Part shown: positions 1 to 9,499 of the stretch, piece after piece
Layout of the letters: each line of letters starts with the position of its first letter
Numbering within the stretch: the stretch's first letter is position 1
Origin: an uncultured virus (IMG/VR IMGVR_UViG_3300009425_000016)
Lineage: Duplodnaviria > Heunggongvirae > Uroviricota > Caudoviricetes
IMG/VR virus record: IMGVR_UViG_3300009425_000016
Coordinates: 1 to 64,000 of that record
DNA length: 64,000 nt
Reading direction: 5' to 3' (one strand)
Position numbers and translations under genes: made by a program
Notes under the pieces: generated by a model
What the model was told of the DNA's origin: nothing
What the model saw: the letters and a program-made list of their open reading frames with translations, nothing else
Database searches by the model: none

Positions 1-168
1 AGTTGCTGACATTCCCATATTAATTACTAAATCAAGTAAAATCAACCATCCATGACCGCTATACTTATCCTTATTATCCTGTCTGTAATTAAACAGAAAT
101 ATCCAAAATGATGAAAATAATACCAATCCAAGCATCATCATTTCAGAAGTGTTAAATAAATCAATCAT
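1..168 (-). CDS. Membrane protein, possibly holin-like (3' end outside window)
   Basis: Read manually: ATG at 168, MIDLFNTSEMMMLGLVLFSSFWIFLFNYRQDNKDKYSGHGWLILLDLVINMGMSAT..., open to position 1; two hydrophobic segments. Confidence 0.6.
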   Translation of the reverse strand, partial: MIDLFNTSEMMMLGLVLFSSFWIFLFNYRQDNKDKYSGHGWLILLDLVINMGMSAT

Positions 169-180
169 ATTATGTTACCT

Positions 181-351
181 TTATTTTCCTTCAATTCTAT
201 TAAAAAATTCTATAGATTTTATAAGTTGTTCAATCTGATCTGTATGTGACAGTGATTGATATATAAGTAATCCAAATGTGAATAGAACTATAAACCATAA
301 ACATGTGAATGATATTAACACAAGTTTAGATATTAATTCTTCTTCTTTCAT
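181..351 (-). CDS. Small single-TM membrane protein (56 aa)
   Basis: Read manually: MKEEELISKLVLISFTCLWFIVLFTFGLLIYQSLSHTDQIEQLIKSIEFFNRIEGK*; ATGA overlap with the stop of 348-608. Confidence 0.65.
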   Translation of the reverse strand: MKEEELISKLVLISFTCLWFIVLFTFGLLIYQSLSHTDQIEQLIKSIEFFNRIEGK

Positions 352-608
352 TTATCTTCCAATTGATAATTAAATGCTTTTGTATCATTTGATGCTGGTT
401 TTGCCATTGGTCTAAGCCAAACATGAATTACCATACTACTCGTTGGTGATGGAAATTTAAAGGTTGGTTTACCCCTTCTCATACCAATATCATCAGTTGC
501 ATTTACTGGATGTCTTGCAAGTTTACGTTTCTTGATTTCATCACTAACTGCTTTGTCAAGTTTTCTGTCTAAACGCGTTTCTTTGAGATATTCTTTAAAA
601 TTTATCAT
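348..608 (-). CDS. Hypothetical protein (86 aa)
   Basis: ORF coupled to neighbours by ATGA overlaps; MINFKEYLKE start typical of T4-like head-associated proteins. Confidence 0.7.
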   Translation of the reverse strand: MINFKEYLKETRLDRKLDKAVSDEIKKRKLARHPVNATDDIGMRRGKPTFKFPSPTSSMVIHVWLRPMAKPASNDTKAFNYQLEDK

Positions 609-1009
609 TTATTCTTCTTATCCTTTATCAACTTTAATAAATCTGTAGTTGATCCAACATACAAATTATTATTAACTGATGCTGGTCCTGTTGGTCCTTT
701 ATTTGTTAATTCTTTTTTAACTTTTTGAAGATTTATCAATTTTTCATTAGTTTCACCAAGATTTTTAATCAACTGTGAAGCAACTTCAAAATGTCTTGCA
801 TGTTCAGTCGATTTTGCTATTTCTAATAATTCATCTAATGCGTCATGCCCCTTTTCCATTAGATTATAATAATTTTCTCTTGAGTATGTGTAATCAGTTT
901 TAAAATCCTCATCATCTGAATCTACTGTTAATCTTTTTTCTACCTTTTCTGGAAGAGTTGTTATTGGATCTTCAACCAAAACTTCTTGAACTAAATCTTT
1001 TACGTCCAT
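605..1009 (-). CDS. gp16: Terminase small subunit (T4 gp16-like)
   Basis: DYTYSRENYYNLMEKG...ARHFEVASQLIK...NNNLYVGSTTDL motifs of marine T4-like small terminases; follows gp15. Confidence 0.85.
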   Translation of the reverse strand: MDVKDLVQEVLVEDPITTLPEKVEKRLTVDSDDEDFKTDYTYSRENYYNLMEKGHDALDELLEIAKSTEHARHFEVASQLIKNLGETNEKLINLQKVKKELTNKGPTGPASVNNNLYVGSTTDLLKLIKDKKNK

Positions 1010-1905
1010 GCTACATCGTCTCCATCAAGTGTTAAACTAAACCCAAAATCATCATCCATCGCCGCATCCTCTGGTTTGGGTTTTATTCCAAGAGTTGCAG
1101 TTGTTTGTGTTGATGTATTTCCTAATAAATTTACGTCTGTAGATTCTAAATAAAGTGTTTCTGAATCTTCAGATATTACGCTATTAGTTGTAAATGCTGT
1201 ACTATCTTCCATAAGAATTGCATCTAAAGAACCAATATCTGGAGTCACCTCTCCCGCAACATTCCCAGGAACTATTAATTGAAGAGATATTTCCTTAATT
1301 TGTTTTCCAGCAGTCGATAATTCTGGATACAGAAAACTTTTCATTGTAAATTGCATATCCCATGATAAAGATCTTCTAGTTTCAAAATCTCCGTCATACG
1401 CATCTGTATAGTTAACAGAATTTAATATAATAGGACAATCGACTGCGATATCCATTAAAGGTACAGTTTTAATAGTTACTGTAAATTCTGGTGTAAAATT
1501 TGGTAAAATCTGTTCAACAATTTGTGCGGCATCTTCTGCATTTTTTGCTAAAATAGCCAAATCAAAAATAAAATTATAAGGAACAGGATTATATTGTGTT
1601 CTCATTGTTCCAGATATAGAAGAAGCATTCTTACCAACGGTATTCAATTTTCTTGTTCCATCATACATTATCTGACTCATCATAAACCCAATTCTAGGTA
1701 AAATTATTGCTGCGGTTCCTGTAAGAGTAGGATTCGCTATTCTAACCATGAATTTTTGTTTTGGGCCGTATGCAACAGGAATCTTTATGGTTTCAAATAC
1801 AACATTATTTGAATCGACTCTTTTAATTGAAATATCATTAAATAAAGAACCAAAGGCAACAACCATTTTTCTGATTGTTTGATGATACGTTGATGTTCCA
1901 AACAT
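1000..1905 (-). CDS. gp15: Tail sheath stabiliser/completion protein (T4 gp15-like)
   Basis: YHQTIRKMVVAFGSLFNDI, IPVAYGPKQKF, LPRIGF, PVPYN, QIVEQILPNFTP; gp13-gp14-gp15 order. Confidence 0.92.
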   Translation of the reverse strand: MFGTSTYHQTIRKMVVAFGSLFNDISIKRVDSNNVVFETIKIPVAYGPKQKFMVRIANPTLTGTAAIILPRIGFMMSQIMYDGTRKLNTVGKNASSISGTMRTQYNPVPYNFIFDLAILAKNAEDAAQIVEQILPNFTPEFTVTIKTVPLMDIAVDCPIILNSVNYTDAYDGDFETRRSLSWDMQFTMKSFLYPELSTAGKQIKEISLQLIVPGNVAGEVTPDIGSLDAILMEDSTAFTTNSVISEDSETLYLESTDVNLLGNTSTQTTATLGIKPKPEDAAMDDDFGFSLTLDGDDVAWT

Positions 1906-2750
1906 TATATGTTACCTTCAGAAAATGGATCTCTATCAGTGAAATCAAATATTGAATCACTTTCAGTTTGAATTCCTAAATTATTCGCCAGTGGATCTGT
2001 TAGAATTACCTGATTATTCGGCACTGCTGTCATAGACCAAGATGCAGTACTTGATGCACCCACAACATCATATACTGTAGTAATAGTACCAACAATATTT
2101 CCAACTCTCAAAGTTTTTGTAGTAGCATTCCAAGACAAAACTTTCATCGAAGCTTCGCCATTGTTGACTGTTTCTCCCGTCGAATAATTTCCTGATCCTG
2201 AAGTAAATACCAAGTCCATTGAATATCCATAATCCACTTCAATATCATCGATTGCTGAAATGCCAGTATCGATATCCTCATGACTGTACTCAAACGTTTC
2301 ACAAGTAAGAGTATATATTGGAAGATTCCCCAACTGATAAAATACCTTTTCGTGTTCAACAAATCTAACTTCAAATAATTTATCATTTAATGGAAAATAT
2401 ATTAAATCTCCTTCATATGGTCTATCAAGTCTTCCTACTATTTCTTCATCTTTCCACCGTCTTTGAGCAACATCTAAAATTACTTGATCTCGTATTTCAA
2501 GCCCAAATTGTCCTACCATATCACCTTCACCACTAAATCCATCAGTTGAATCTATATACATTTCTATTATATGTGCTCCTGTAAATTTAGAAGCGACGTC
2601 TTCACTATACAAATTATCTACTGCGACTGATGTTCTAGGCAGATAACTTATATCTATTCCATGTATTTTAATCGATTCTTCTACCAAATCGTTCAGTAAA
2701 TTTTGTTCTGGTTGAAAATCAACATTTTGAAAATATGTAGATACTGGCAT
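1905..2750 (-). CDS. gp14: Neck protein (T4 gp14-like)
   Basis: EQNLLNDLVEESIKIHG..YLPR, RPYEGDLIYFPL, FYQLG..Y.L.CE.FEYS, DF...DPF C-terminus. Confidence 0.92.
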   Translation of the reverse strand: MPVSTYFQNVDFQPEQNLLNDLVEESIKIHGIDISYLPRTSVAVDNLYSEDVASKFTGAHIIEMYIDSTDGFSGEGDMVGQFGLEIRDQVILDVAQRRWKDEEIVGRLDRPYEGDLIYFPLNDKLFEVRFVEHEKVFYQLGNLPIYTLTCETFEYSHEDIDTGISAIDDIEVDYGYSMDLVFTSGSGNYSTGETVNNGEASMKVLSWNATTKTLRVGNIVGTITTVYDVVGASSTASWSMTAVPNNQVILTDPLANNLGIQTESDSIFDFTDRDPFSEGNI

Positions 2751-2753
2751 TTA

Positions 2754-3500
2754 TTATCCTACTGCAAAGTCGACTGGGAATTGATATTTTCCTTCTAAAT
2801 CTTGTAACAATATTTCTATATTTGATTTAGCTTCATCTAAAATTCTACCACCATCTAAAGTGGTTCCTCCAGGTAATTGTGTACCTTGATATTTAATTAA
2901 ATTGTTTCCCCATTGTTTTCTAAACAATTCTGTAGTGTATTGTTTTAACCACATATCATTAAAAACATCCGTATGTGTAGTTGGATCAACGATTTGTACA
3001 CATTCAGCAACAAGATAATCCCCCACATTAAATTCCTTAGACCAATCAACATCAACATATAATCTATCCTGATGCCTAGAAAATCTCATTCCTGGTTTCC
3101 CACTAAATACTTCTTGAAGTACTCCTAAATGTTGTTGTACTTGATAGTATGATACTATTGAAGTTTTGGTCAAATCATAAATATCATTTAAATATAATTG
3201 ATATCTAACATCAAACATGTTCTTTGTTGATCCACTATCCAAAGGAAAAACGGCTATAACACCAATAGTTGCCTCTAATAATGTAACGTATGAGTTATCA
3301 ATATCATCTTGTGTTATTTCGTGTTTTAAATATGTTTTAATTGTGGCATCTCCATGAAATTCTTGATACATTTGAAGACCTTCTTCCAATCTATCTTCCA
3401 GTTGATCCTCTTCAACATTGATCTGAATAACTGGTTTCCCTAATGCCCTTAAACAATATTCTCTTAATTCTGTTCTTGACGCTGGTTGTGTAGCTGACAT
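2754..3500 (-). CDS. gp13: Neck protein (T4 gp13-like)
   Basis: LREYCLRALGKPVIQINVEEDQLEDR, WLKQY...KQWGNNLIKY..QLPGGTTLDG. Confidence 0.93.
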   Translation of the reverse strand: MSATQPASRTELREYCLRALGKPVIQINVEEDQLEDRLEEGLQMYQEFHGDATIKTYLKHEITQDDIDNSYVTLLEATIGVIAVFPLDSGSTKNMFDVRYQLYLNDIYDLTKTSIVSYYQVQQHLGVLQEVFSGKPGMRFSRHQDRLYVDVDWSKEFNVGDYLVAECVQIVDPTTHTDVFNDMWLKQYTTELFRKQWGNNLIKYQGTQLPGGTTLDGGRILDEAKSNIEILLQDLEGKYQFPVDFAVG

Positions 3501-3557
3501 AATGTTCCTATAACGGCGTTAATATATGTTATATTAACTATTTAGTAAGGTAAGTTT

Positions 3558-4229
3558 ATGGAAATTTTGATTACTGGACATAATGGTTTCATTGGATCTA
3601 ACCTTTACAATTTTCTTAATTCATATCATAATATTTATGGAATTGATTACCCAAATGATCTATTAACTGCCCCCCTACCCAAAGTTGACTGTGTAATACA
3701 CTTAGCCGGTTCAACAGGTGTTAGAGAGAGTCATAAAAATCCTAAAAAATATTTAGATAATAATATAAAAACAACTAAAAGAATATTTGACCACTATAAA
3801 GATACAAAAATATTATTTGCTTCTACTTCTTCTGTACAAGATCTTAAAAGTCCATATGCATGTTCCAAATATGCATGTGAACTTATGGCGCCGGAAAATG
3901 TTGTTATTATGAGGTTTTTTACTGTTTGGGGAGATTATAAGTATAGAAAAGATATGTTATATGGACTAGCCATAGAAGGTAAATTAGACTATATTACTGA
4001 ACATAAAAGAGATTTTACTCATGTATATGAAGTTTGTAGAGCCATTAAAATACTAATAGATAAAGGAGTTGGTGGAGAACTTTATGAAATTGGTCACGGA
4101 AAACCAATATCCCCCCTTGACTTTTTGAAAAAGATAGGGTATAATAAGGTGTTACCGTTTAGGAAAGTTGAAGGTGAATCTAATATAACTTGTGCAGATC
4201 CAACTAAAATGGAAGAATTGGGATGGTAA
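3558..4229 (+). CDS. NAD-dependent epimerase/dehydratase (extended SDR)
   Basis: ILITGHNGFIG Rossmann motif, VIHLA, YACSK (YxxxK), RFFTVWG, RDFTHV. Confidence 0.9.
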   Translation: MEILITGHNGFIGSNLYNFLNSYHNIYGIDYPNDLLTAPLPKVDCVIHLAGSTGVRESHKNPKKYLDNNIKTTKRIFDHYKDTKILFASTSSVQDLKSPYACSKYACELMAPENVVIMRFFTVWGDYKYRKDMLYGLAIEGKLDYITEHKRDFTHVYEVCRAIKILIDKGVGGELYEIGHGKPISPLDFLKKIGYNKVLPFRKVEGESNITCADPTKMEELGW

Positions 4230-4744
4230 TTGACTACTTTAAAAATGATTGGAAACCTAATTGGAGCAAATATTCTTATAGCGGTTGGGAACTTCTAAAC
4301 AAAATATCAAATAATGAAACCATACTTGATATAGGTTGTGGTTATAATCTCTTTAAAGGACGTTATGGTGATAAATTATATGGTATTGATCCCGCCAATG
4401 ACAGTGCAGATGAAGTAATATCTATTGAAAAATTCGATGCTGACGGTAAACAATGGGATGTGGTTTTATGTCTCGGTAGTTTAAATTTTGGATCTATAGA
4501 AGATGTTGAGCCACAAGTACAAAAAGCTGTAAAATTAACCAAAGTTGGTGGAAGATTATATTGGAGACAAAATCCAGGACTAAATGATCATCGTTGGAAA
4601 AATCAAGAAAATATTACATTTTTTCCTTGGACATTTGATCTGAATTATAAATGGGCAAAAAAATATGGATGCACAGTTATGGGAATGTTATGGGATGACG
4701 CTAGAATTTATTCAGAATGGATTAAGGAGAATGAATGTGTTTAA
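4223..4744 (+). CDS. Class I SAM-dependent methyltransferase-like protein
   Basis: ILDIGCG motif I, GIDP motif II, WDVVLCLGSLNF. Confidence 0.75.
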   Translation: MVIDYFKNDWKPNWSKYSYSGWELLNKISNNETILDIGCGYNLFKGRYGDKLYGIDPANDSADEVISIEKFDADGKQWDVVLCLGSLNFGSIEDVEPQVQKAVKLTKVGGRLYWRQNPGLNDHRWKNQENITFFPWTFDLNYKWAKKYGCTVMGMLWDDARIYSEWIKENECV

Positions 4745-5837
4745 CTACTGCTTTATAACCTAGTCCTTCATTAACAAATCTTACTGCATTTTTTAATGTT
4801 GATTCATTTACCGCTTCATACATTCTTTTTACAATAAACTCAGAGTCTTGTCCAATAAATACCCCATAATTTCCTAATTTTTTTAATCTTTCTTTTTGAA
4901 ATTCCTCATCGAACCACGTTTTTGTTGCAATTGTTACCATATCATGATAATATACACTATCCTTAGTCACAAAAAAACTTTTTTGAATACCATCTCTCCA
5001 CAATCTCAATAAAACATATGCATCATAAACCTCTCCTTTGGGTTTAAATCCATGAGTTTGTTCAAATATATAATCGAAACATAATCCTTTAAGTTCAGGA
5101 TTTGGATCATCTACCCATTGACCTGTTTTATAATTCATTTGACAATGATGAAACCATATTTCAAGTTCATTGTTAGATAATGCTTTTTTATATTTTGCAT
5201 TACCTGTATAATTCTGAAAGGTGTCTCTACTTACATTCAATTCTCCATTTACAAATGCTACAATCCGCGCTCCTCCACTTTTCATACCTTTAACAATAAT
5301 TACTCTATCTTTAAAACATTTCATAAATTTATCCATATCATTAGTCTCTGGACACACCATTAGTCCCGCCGCGAAATGGTCTGGTTCTGATCCACCCCCA
5401 GGATTAAGTGCGAATTTTTGTTTATGGAATTTTGGATTATAATCTATCCTTTTGGGAATAAGCATATTACCAGGATGAATTAATATTGGTTTATATTTTC
5501 TAAAATCATAATTTCCAACATCTTCTAATAATGTTGCCATAGCATTTCCACCATGACTAGTCATCATATAATTACCGTATTTCAATTTACTTTCAAATTT
5601 TCTTAGAGCATTTTTTCCTCTATTTCCTGGGATATATTTAAAATCTATTTGTTCAATATTACCTGATAAATTATTATTCATATGTTTACCCCAAAGCCAT
5701 GCCCATCTCGAGGTTCCTCCTGGCTTTGGTGAACTAGGAATAACTGCATACATTGTATCAGCATTAACCTGACTGACCATAACCATTGTACCAAAAACAA
5801 ACAACATACATAATACTAATTGAATAAATTTAAACAT
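4722..5837 (-). CDS. TctC/Bug-like substrate-binding protein of a tripartite tricarboxylate transporter
   Basis: Signal peptide ending VNA; VIP..PGGTSRWA resembles the Bug PGGxxD motif, YIPG..G; downstream of a TctA homolog; divergent. Confidence 0.65.
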   Translation of the reverse strand: MFKFIQLVLCMLFVFGTMVMVSQVNADTMYAVIPSSPKPGGTSRWAWLWGKHMNNNLSGNIEQIDFKYIPGNRGKNALRKFESKLKYGNYMMTSHGGNAMATLLEDVGNYDFRKYKPILIHPGNMLIPKRIDYNPKFHKQKFALNPGGGSEPDHFAAGLMVCPETNDMDKFMKCFKDRVIIVKGMKSGGARIVAFVNGELNVSRDTFQNYTGNAKYKKALSNNELEIWFHHCQMNYKTGQWVDDPNPELKGLCFDYIFEQTHGFKPKGEVYDAYVLLRLWRDGIQKSFFVTKDSVYYHDMVTIATKTWFDEEFQKERLKKLGNYGVFIGQDSEFIVKRMYEAVNESTLKNAVRFVNEGLGYKAVVKHIHSP

Positions 5838-7275
5838 AATCCACCTTTACTTTTTTACTCAAAATGACCATCAATATTGATAACAACATTATTATAATAA
5901 CGAATGGTCTTATAATTATTTCTTGAAAACTATACAAATCTATCAATTGATATGAAAATTGTTCTAATCTTTCACTCAAAATAAATCCCAACAATACCGC
6001 TGGCCTGCTAATTTTAAAATGCTTCAGCATAAACCCACAAAATGAAAACACAATAAAAAATATTGAATCTTCTAAAATAAATTCATAAAAATTTGAACTT
6101 ATTATTGCCCACCATGTAACAAGTGCAACAAATGCTATGAAAAAATATTTATTGATACGAAATATTTTAGATATCGGCCCAGCTAATAATAATCCAAAAA
6201 ATGTAACTGAAATAGTGCCGACTAGATAACCAATTATTATAGAATTTATAAAATTTTTATCCTCTAATATATATAAATCTCCCATAGGAAATCCAATATA
6301 TTCCCATAATCCCATCGCGATCATTGCCCATGTTGCACCAGGAATACCTATGAGAATAGTGGGTATTAATGCTCCTGCCTTGCCGGCATTATTAACTCCT
6401 TCTGGTGCGACTATACCTTCTGGCGCGCCCTTACCAAATGGAGTTGAAAATACCCTTTTCATTTTTGTCGCTATACTATAAGAAATCCATTCTGAACCGC
6501 CACCACCATATCCCGGCAATAGTCCATAGAAAAACCCAATTAATCCCCCAACAAAACCATGTTTCCATAAACGTATTGCATCAATTATACCTTTTTTTAT
6601 TTGTTTAAAGTCACTATTTTCTTTAACAGATTTCATATCAAATTTACACAATGTATATAATTCTGGAATACAAAATAATCCTGATGCCAATACTGCAATA
6701 CCTATACCGTCATAAAGATAATATTCCATTCCAAATGTAAATCTTGGATTTCCTGTAACATCAGAACCAATTGATCCTAAACCAACACCTATAATTACTG
6801 CTAAAATACCTTTTAATGGTTTATTACTTGATAATAAACTTACACTCAAAAAACTAAACAATATAATAACCCACATCTCAGGAACTTTCATATATTGTAA
6901 AATATATTCATATAATGGAAGAACAATAAGAAATGGAACAAACCAAATAATACCTTGTATACCACTAGTGGTTAATGCTAAACTAATTGCGTAAGAACTT
7001 TGTCCTGCTTTGGTGAGTGGGAATCCATCGACCATTGTCGCCGCAGAAGAATTAGATCCGGGAATTCCAATATAAACTCCTGAAAAACTATCCCCTATTG
7101 TGCACGCAACAACCGCTGCCATAGAAAATGCGACAAATTCATATGGTATATGTGAAAAGTGATTTACAACACTAAACAGCATTATTAGTGCTTTGGTGGG
7201 ACCTGAAACGGGAATTATACCTATAAATAATCCATAAAGTGAACCCAATATAGTCCACATCAACAATTCAAACAT
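5830..7275 (-). CDS. tctA: Tripartite tricarboxylate transporter large permease (TctA family)
   Basis: GLFIGIIP, IGIPGSNSSAATMVDGFPLTKAG, GLLPGYGG, GIVAPEGVNNA..AGALIPTILIGIPG, PAVLLGFIL; many TM segments. Confidence 0.88.
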   Translation of the reverse strand: MFELLMWTILGSLYGLFIGIIPVSGPTKALIMLFSVVNHFSHIPYEFVAFSMAAVVACTIGDSFSGVYIGIPGSNSSAATMVDGFPLTKAGQSSYAISLALTTSGIQGIIWFVPFLIVLPLYEYILQYMKVPEMWVIILFSFLSVSLLSSNKPLKGILAVIIGVGLGSIGSDVTGNPRFTFGMEYYLYDGIGIAVLASGLFCIPELYTLCKFDMKSVKENSDFKQIKKGIIDAIRLWKHGFVGGLIGFFYGLLPGYGGGGSEWISYSIATKMKRVFSTPFGKGAPEGIVAPEGVNNAGKAGALIPTILIGIPGATWAMIAMGLWEYIGFPMGDLYILEDKNFINSIIIGYLVGTISVTFFGLLLAGPISKIFRINKYFFIAFVALVTWWAIISSNFYEFILEDSIFFIVFSFCGFMLKHFKISRPAVLLGFILSERLEQFSYQLIDLYSFQEIIIRPFVIIIMLLSILMVILSKKVKVDYV

Positions 7276-7290
7276 AATTTTTATAATTCT

Positions 7291-7728
7291 TTATACGGGA
7301 AATACTTCTTTAGCTTCATTATTAAATATAGTTTGACAATTATCACATACTCTCTTTGCATAGTCATTTGCATCAGGAATACCTGTCTCACTTATAATAT
7401 AATGTGCTTTCTCTACTGTTCTAGTCCACCCAATTCCTGCAGGCAATGTATCAAGAGGTTCATCTTTTATTTGGTCCCATCTTTTGTCAGAAAATATAAA
7501 TGTTTTTTGAAATCCATTTCCATTTTGCGTAAGCTCGTCAGTTACTACTAAATCACCATTTTCTAGATCATCATTTATATTATTGTCAGATGCCAGTAGA
7601 TACTGTCCTTTGGCGGCGGCGGCAATGTCATCACTGAACATTGCTAAAGCCTCAGATAAAGTTTCAAATGATGAAAAATCTAATTTTGAAAAAGATTTTT
7701 GAAAAGTTACAATAAGTCTTGCAGACAT
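7291..7728 (-). CDS. Hypothetical protein, paralog of 7776-8168
   Basis: Shares ELT...GF...(F/W)(S/T)D.RW...G.GW.R with its neighbour; AAGGA RBS and late promoter motifs upstream. Confidence 0.7.
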   Translation of the reverse strand: MSARLIVTFQKSFSKLDFSSFETLSEALAMFSDDIAAAAKGQYLLASDNNINDDLENGDLVVTDELTQNGNGFQKTFIFSDKRWDQIKDEPLDTLPAGIGWTRTVEKAHYIISETGIPDANDYAKRVCDNCQTIFNNEAKEVFPV

Positions 7729-7741
7729 TTTAAATTCCTTT

Positions 7742-7769
7742 TATTTATATGGTTACATTTATATTTATA
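7742..7769 (-). promoter_or_regulatory. Two T4-type late promoter motifs (TATAAATA)
   Basis: tatttata at 7742-7749 and 7762-7769 on + (TATAAATA on -), in the short intergenic gap upstream of 7728. Confidence 0.65.
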
Positions 7770-7775
7770 TAAAGT

Positions 7776-8168
7776 TTAAATTTCTATTCGATTCCATCCG
7801 TTTCCTACTACAGGAACTGGAATTGATTGAACAATTGCCCATCGTTCATCAGTCCATGTTCTAGTAATTTTAAAACCAGTTTTATCGACTGTCAATTCTT
7901 GTATGTGTTTTTCATACAGATAAGAATTCCAGGAATCATCTATCTCGTCGCCCCCTTTTGCTATCGTCCTAATTTCTTTTACTCCAGCGCCTTCTATTAC
8001 TTTTTTAAATTTCGTATTAATTCCTAAAGTCTTAGATTGGGAGAGCTCCGCATCGAATGTATTAACTATATGAGGATTCGCCTTCTCAAATGCCATCTTT
8101 GCTTCCACGACAGTTGAATAAGTAGTTCCTGTAGTATTTGTGAATATGACTATGGTTGTTACTGACAT
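7776..8168 (-). CDS. Hypothetical protein, paralog of 7291-7728
   Basis: ELTVDKTGFKITRTWTDERW...GNGWNR. Confidence 0.7.
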   Translation of the reverse strand: MSVTTIVIFTNTTGTTYSTVVEAKMAFEKANPHIVNTFDAELSQSKTLGINTKFKKVIEGAGVKEIRTIAKGGDEIDDSWNSYLYEKHIQELTVDKTGFKITRTWTDERWAIVQSIPVPVVGNGWNRIEI

Positions 8169-8170
8169 TT

Positions 8171-8779
8171 CTATTCTTCTTCGTATATAATATAGTCCTT
8201 ATATTTGTTGATACTTCTTTTTAAAATTTCATAGTGTTTTTGTTTATTAACCCAAAAATGAGTAAAAAGTATAAATCTATCAGGATCATAATTACCACCA
8301 TGAGTTGTATCTGTACTTCGTATAACACACCAATCAGTATCTATTGGCATTTTAGCTAAAACTGTTTCTCCATTATTTTTTTGAATATAAGGATTTTTAA
8401 TATTGTTATCATATTGTATTGTCATTCGATAGCCACATGGTTGTAAACTTTTTTCATGTTTCCATAAATCTGCGTTTTTATCTGGTGTTAAAAAATCAAT
8501 ATGCATTTCAGTAGCTTTTAAATAATTATTAATTCTAACATTAACTAAATGATCAATTGGTAAATTTTTATCAATATATTTTGTTAGAGAAGATTCTTCA
8601 ATCCACGATGATTTACTATAATTTTTATTTGTTGTAGTAAATTTTTGATATTGAAATGCTTGAGCACCTGTTCCATCATCCGGCGGTGAGTCACCAACAA
8701 AATTATCTATAAGATCTTTTTTATATTGATATTTTGGAATGTCGACTGGCATCCATAAAATATTATCAAAATTATTCAT
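8171..8779 (-). CDS. Putative 2OG-Fe(II) oxygenase
   Basis: MHIDF (HxD), distal THGG and DRF pattern. Confidence 0.55.
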   Translation of the reverse strand: MNNFDNILWMPVDIPKYQYKKDLIDNFVGDSPPDDGTGAQAFQYQKFTTTNKNYSKSSWIEESSLTKYIDKNLPIDHLVNVRINNYLKATEMHIDFLTPDKNADLWKHEKSLQPCGYRMTIQYDNNIKNPYIQKNNGETVLAKMPIDTDWCVIRSTDTTHGGNYDPDRFILFTHFWVNKQKHYEILKRSINKYKDYIIYEEE

Positions 8780-8788
8780 ATTTCTTTC

Positions 8789-9370
8789 TTAACATTTTTT
8801 AAATACGGTCATAAAATGCCGTTGTTGTCCTTCATCTTCAGTAAGTATGGAATCAACTTTTTCTGAAGAAATAATATCCAAATATTCTTGATCTCTCCAT
8901 CCAAATGCTGTAAGAGGATCATCATTTCCATGAGCTGATACTGATGCTACCATCATTCCATTTTTTTCTAAAGAATCCGAAAAGAATTTTGCTGTATCTG
9001 ATTGAAGATGTGATTTGTTAAATCCTCCAATAATTGTTATACATTTATATTTTCTTGGTAATGGAAATTCTTTCATATCATGCAAAATTATGTCACGGTA
9101 ATTGGTCGCCTCAAATGTATCAATCATTTTTTGATTAACATCATATCCATCTATAATATAATCATTATTATTAAAACCAATACCAATCTGACCATTACCA
9201 CATGCAACATCTGCTATTTCAGTACCTAATTCAAAATTCTCATTTACCCAATCACATGCATAACGTATAGGACCTTCCATCCAACCAACCTTCGTGCACC
9301 AAGTGTGATAATCCCAATCCTTATATAATTCTTCAACACTTTTACTATAAACTTCATCAAGCCAAGTCAT
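8789..9370 (-). CDS. Class I SAM-dependent methyltransferase
   Basis: IADVACGNGQIG, DGYDVNQKM motifs; AAGGA RBS. Confidence 0.8.
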   Translation of the reverse strand: MTWLDEVYSKSVEELYKDWDYHTWCTKVGWMEGPIRYACDWVNENFELGTEIADVACGNGQIGIGFNNNDYIIDGYDVNQKMIDTFEATNYRDIILHDMKEFPLPRKYKCITIIGGFNKSHLQSDTAKFFSDSLEKNGMMVASVSAHGNDDPLTAFGWRDQEYLDIISSEKVDSILTEDEGQQRHFMTVFKKC

Positions 9371-9373
9371 ATT

Positions 9374-9499
9374 TTATTCCTTTATAATAGTTGTGTAGTC
9401 AAATGCGACTCTCCATAATTCTCTAGACTTATTCACAATATGTGAACGTCTATGTATAGTGTACAATTGATCCATAATTAATAAATCACCTACTTGCAT
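9374..9499 (-). pseudogene. C-terminal fragment of a TauD/TfdA-family dioxygenase (41 aa)
   Basis: Read manually: MQVGDLLIMDQLYTIHRRSHIVNKSRELWRVAFDYTTIIKE*, matching the TauD GDxxxWDN..xxH...R.LxR motif; no HxD half. Confidence 0.6.
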
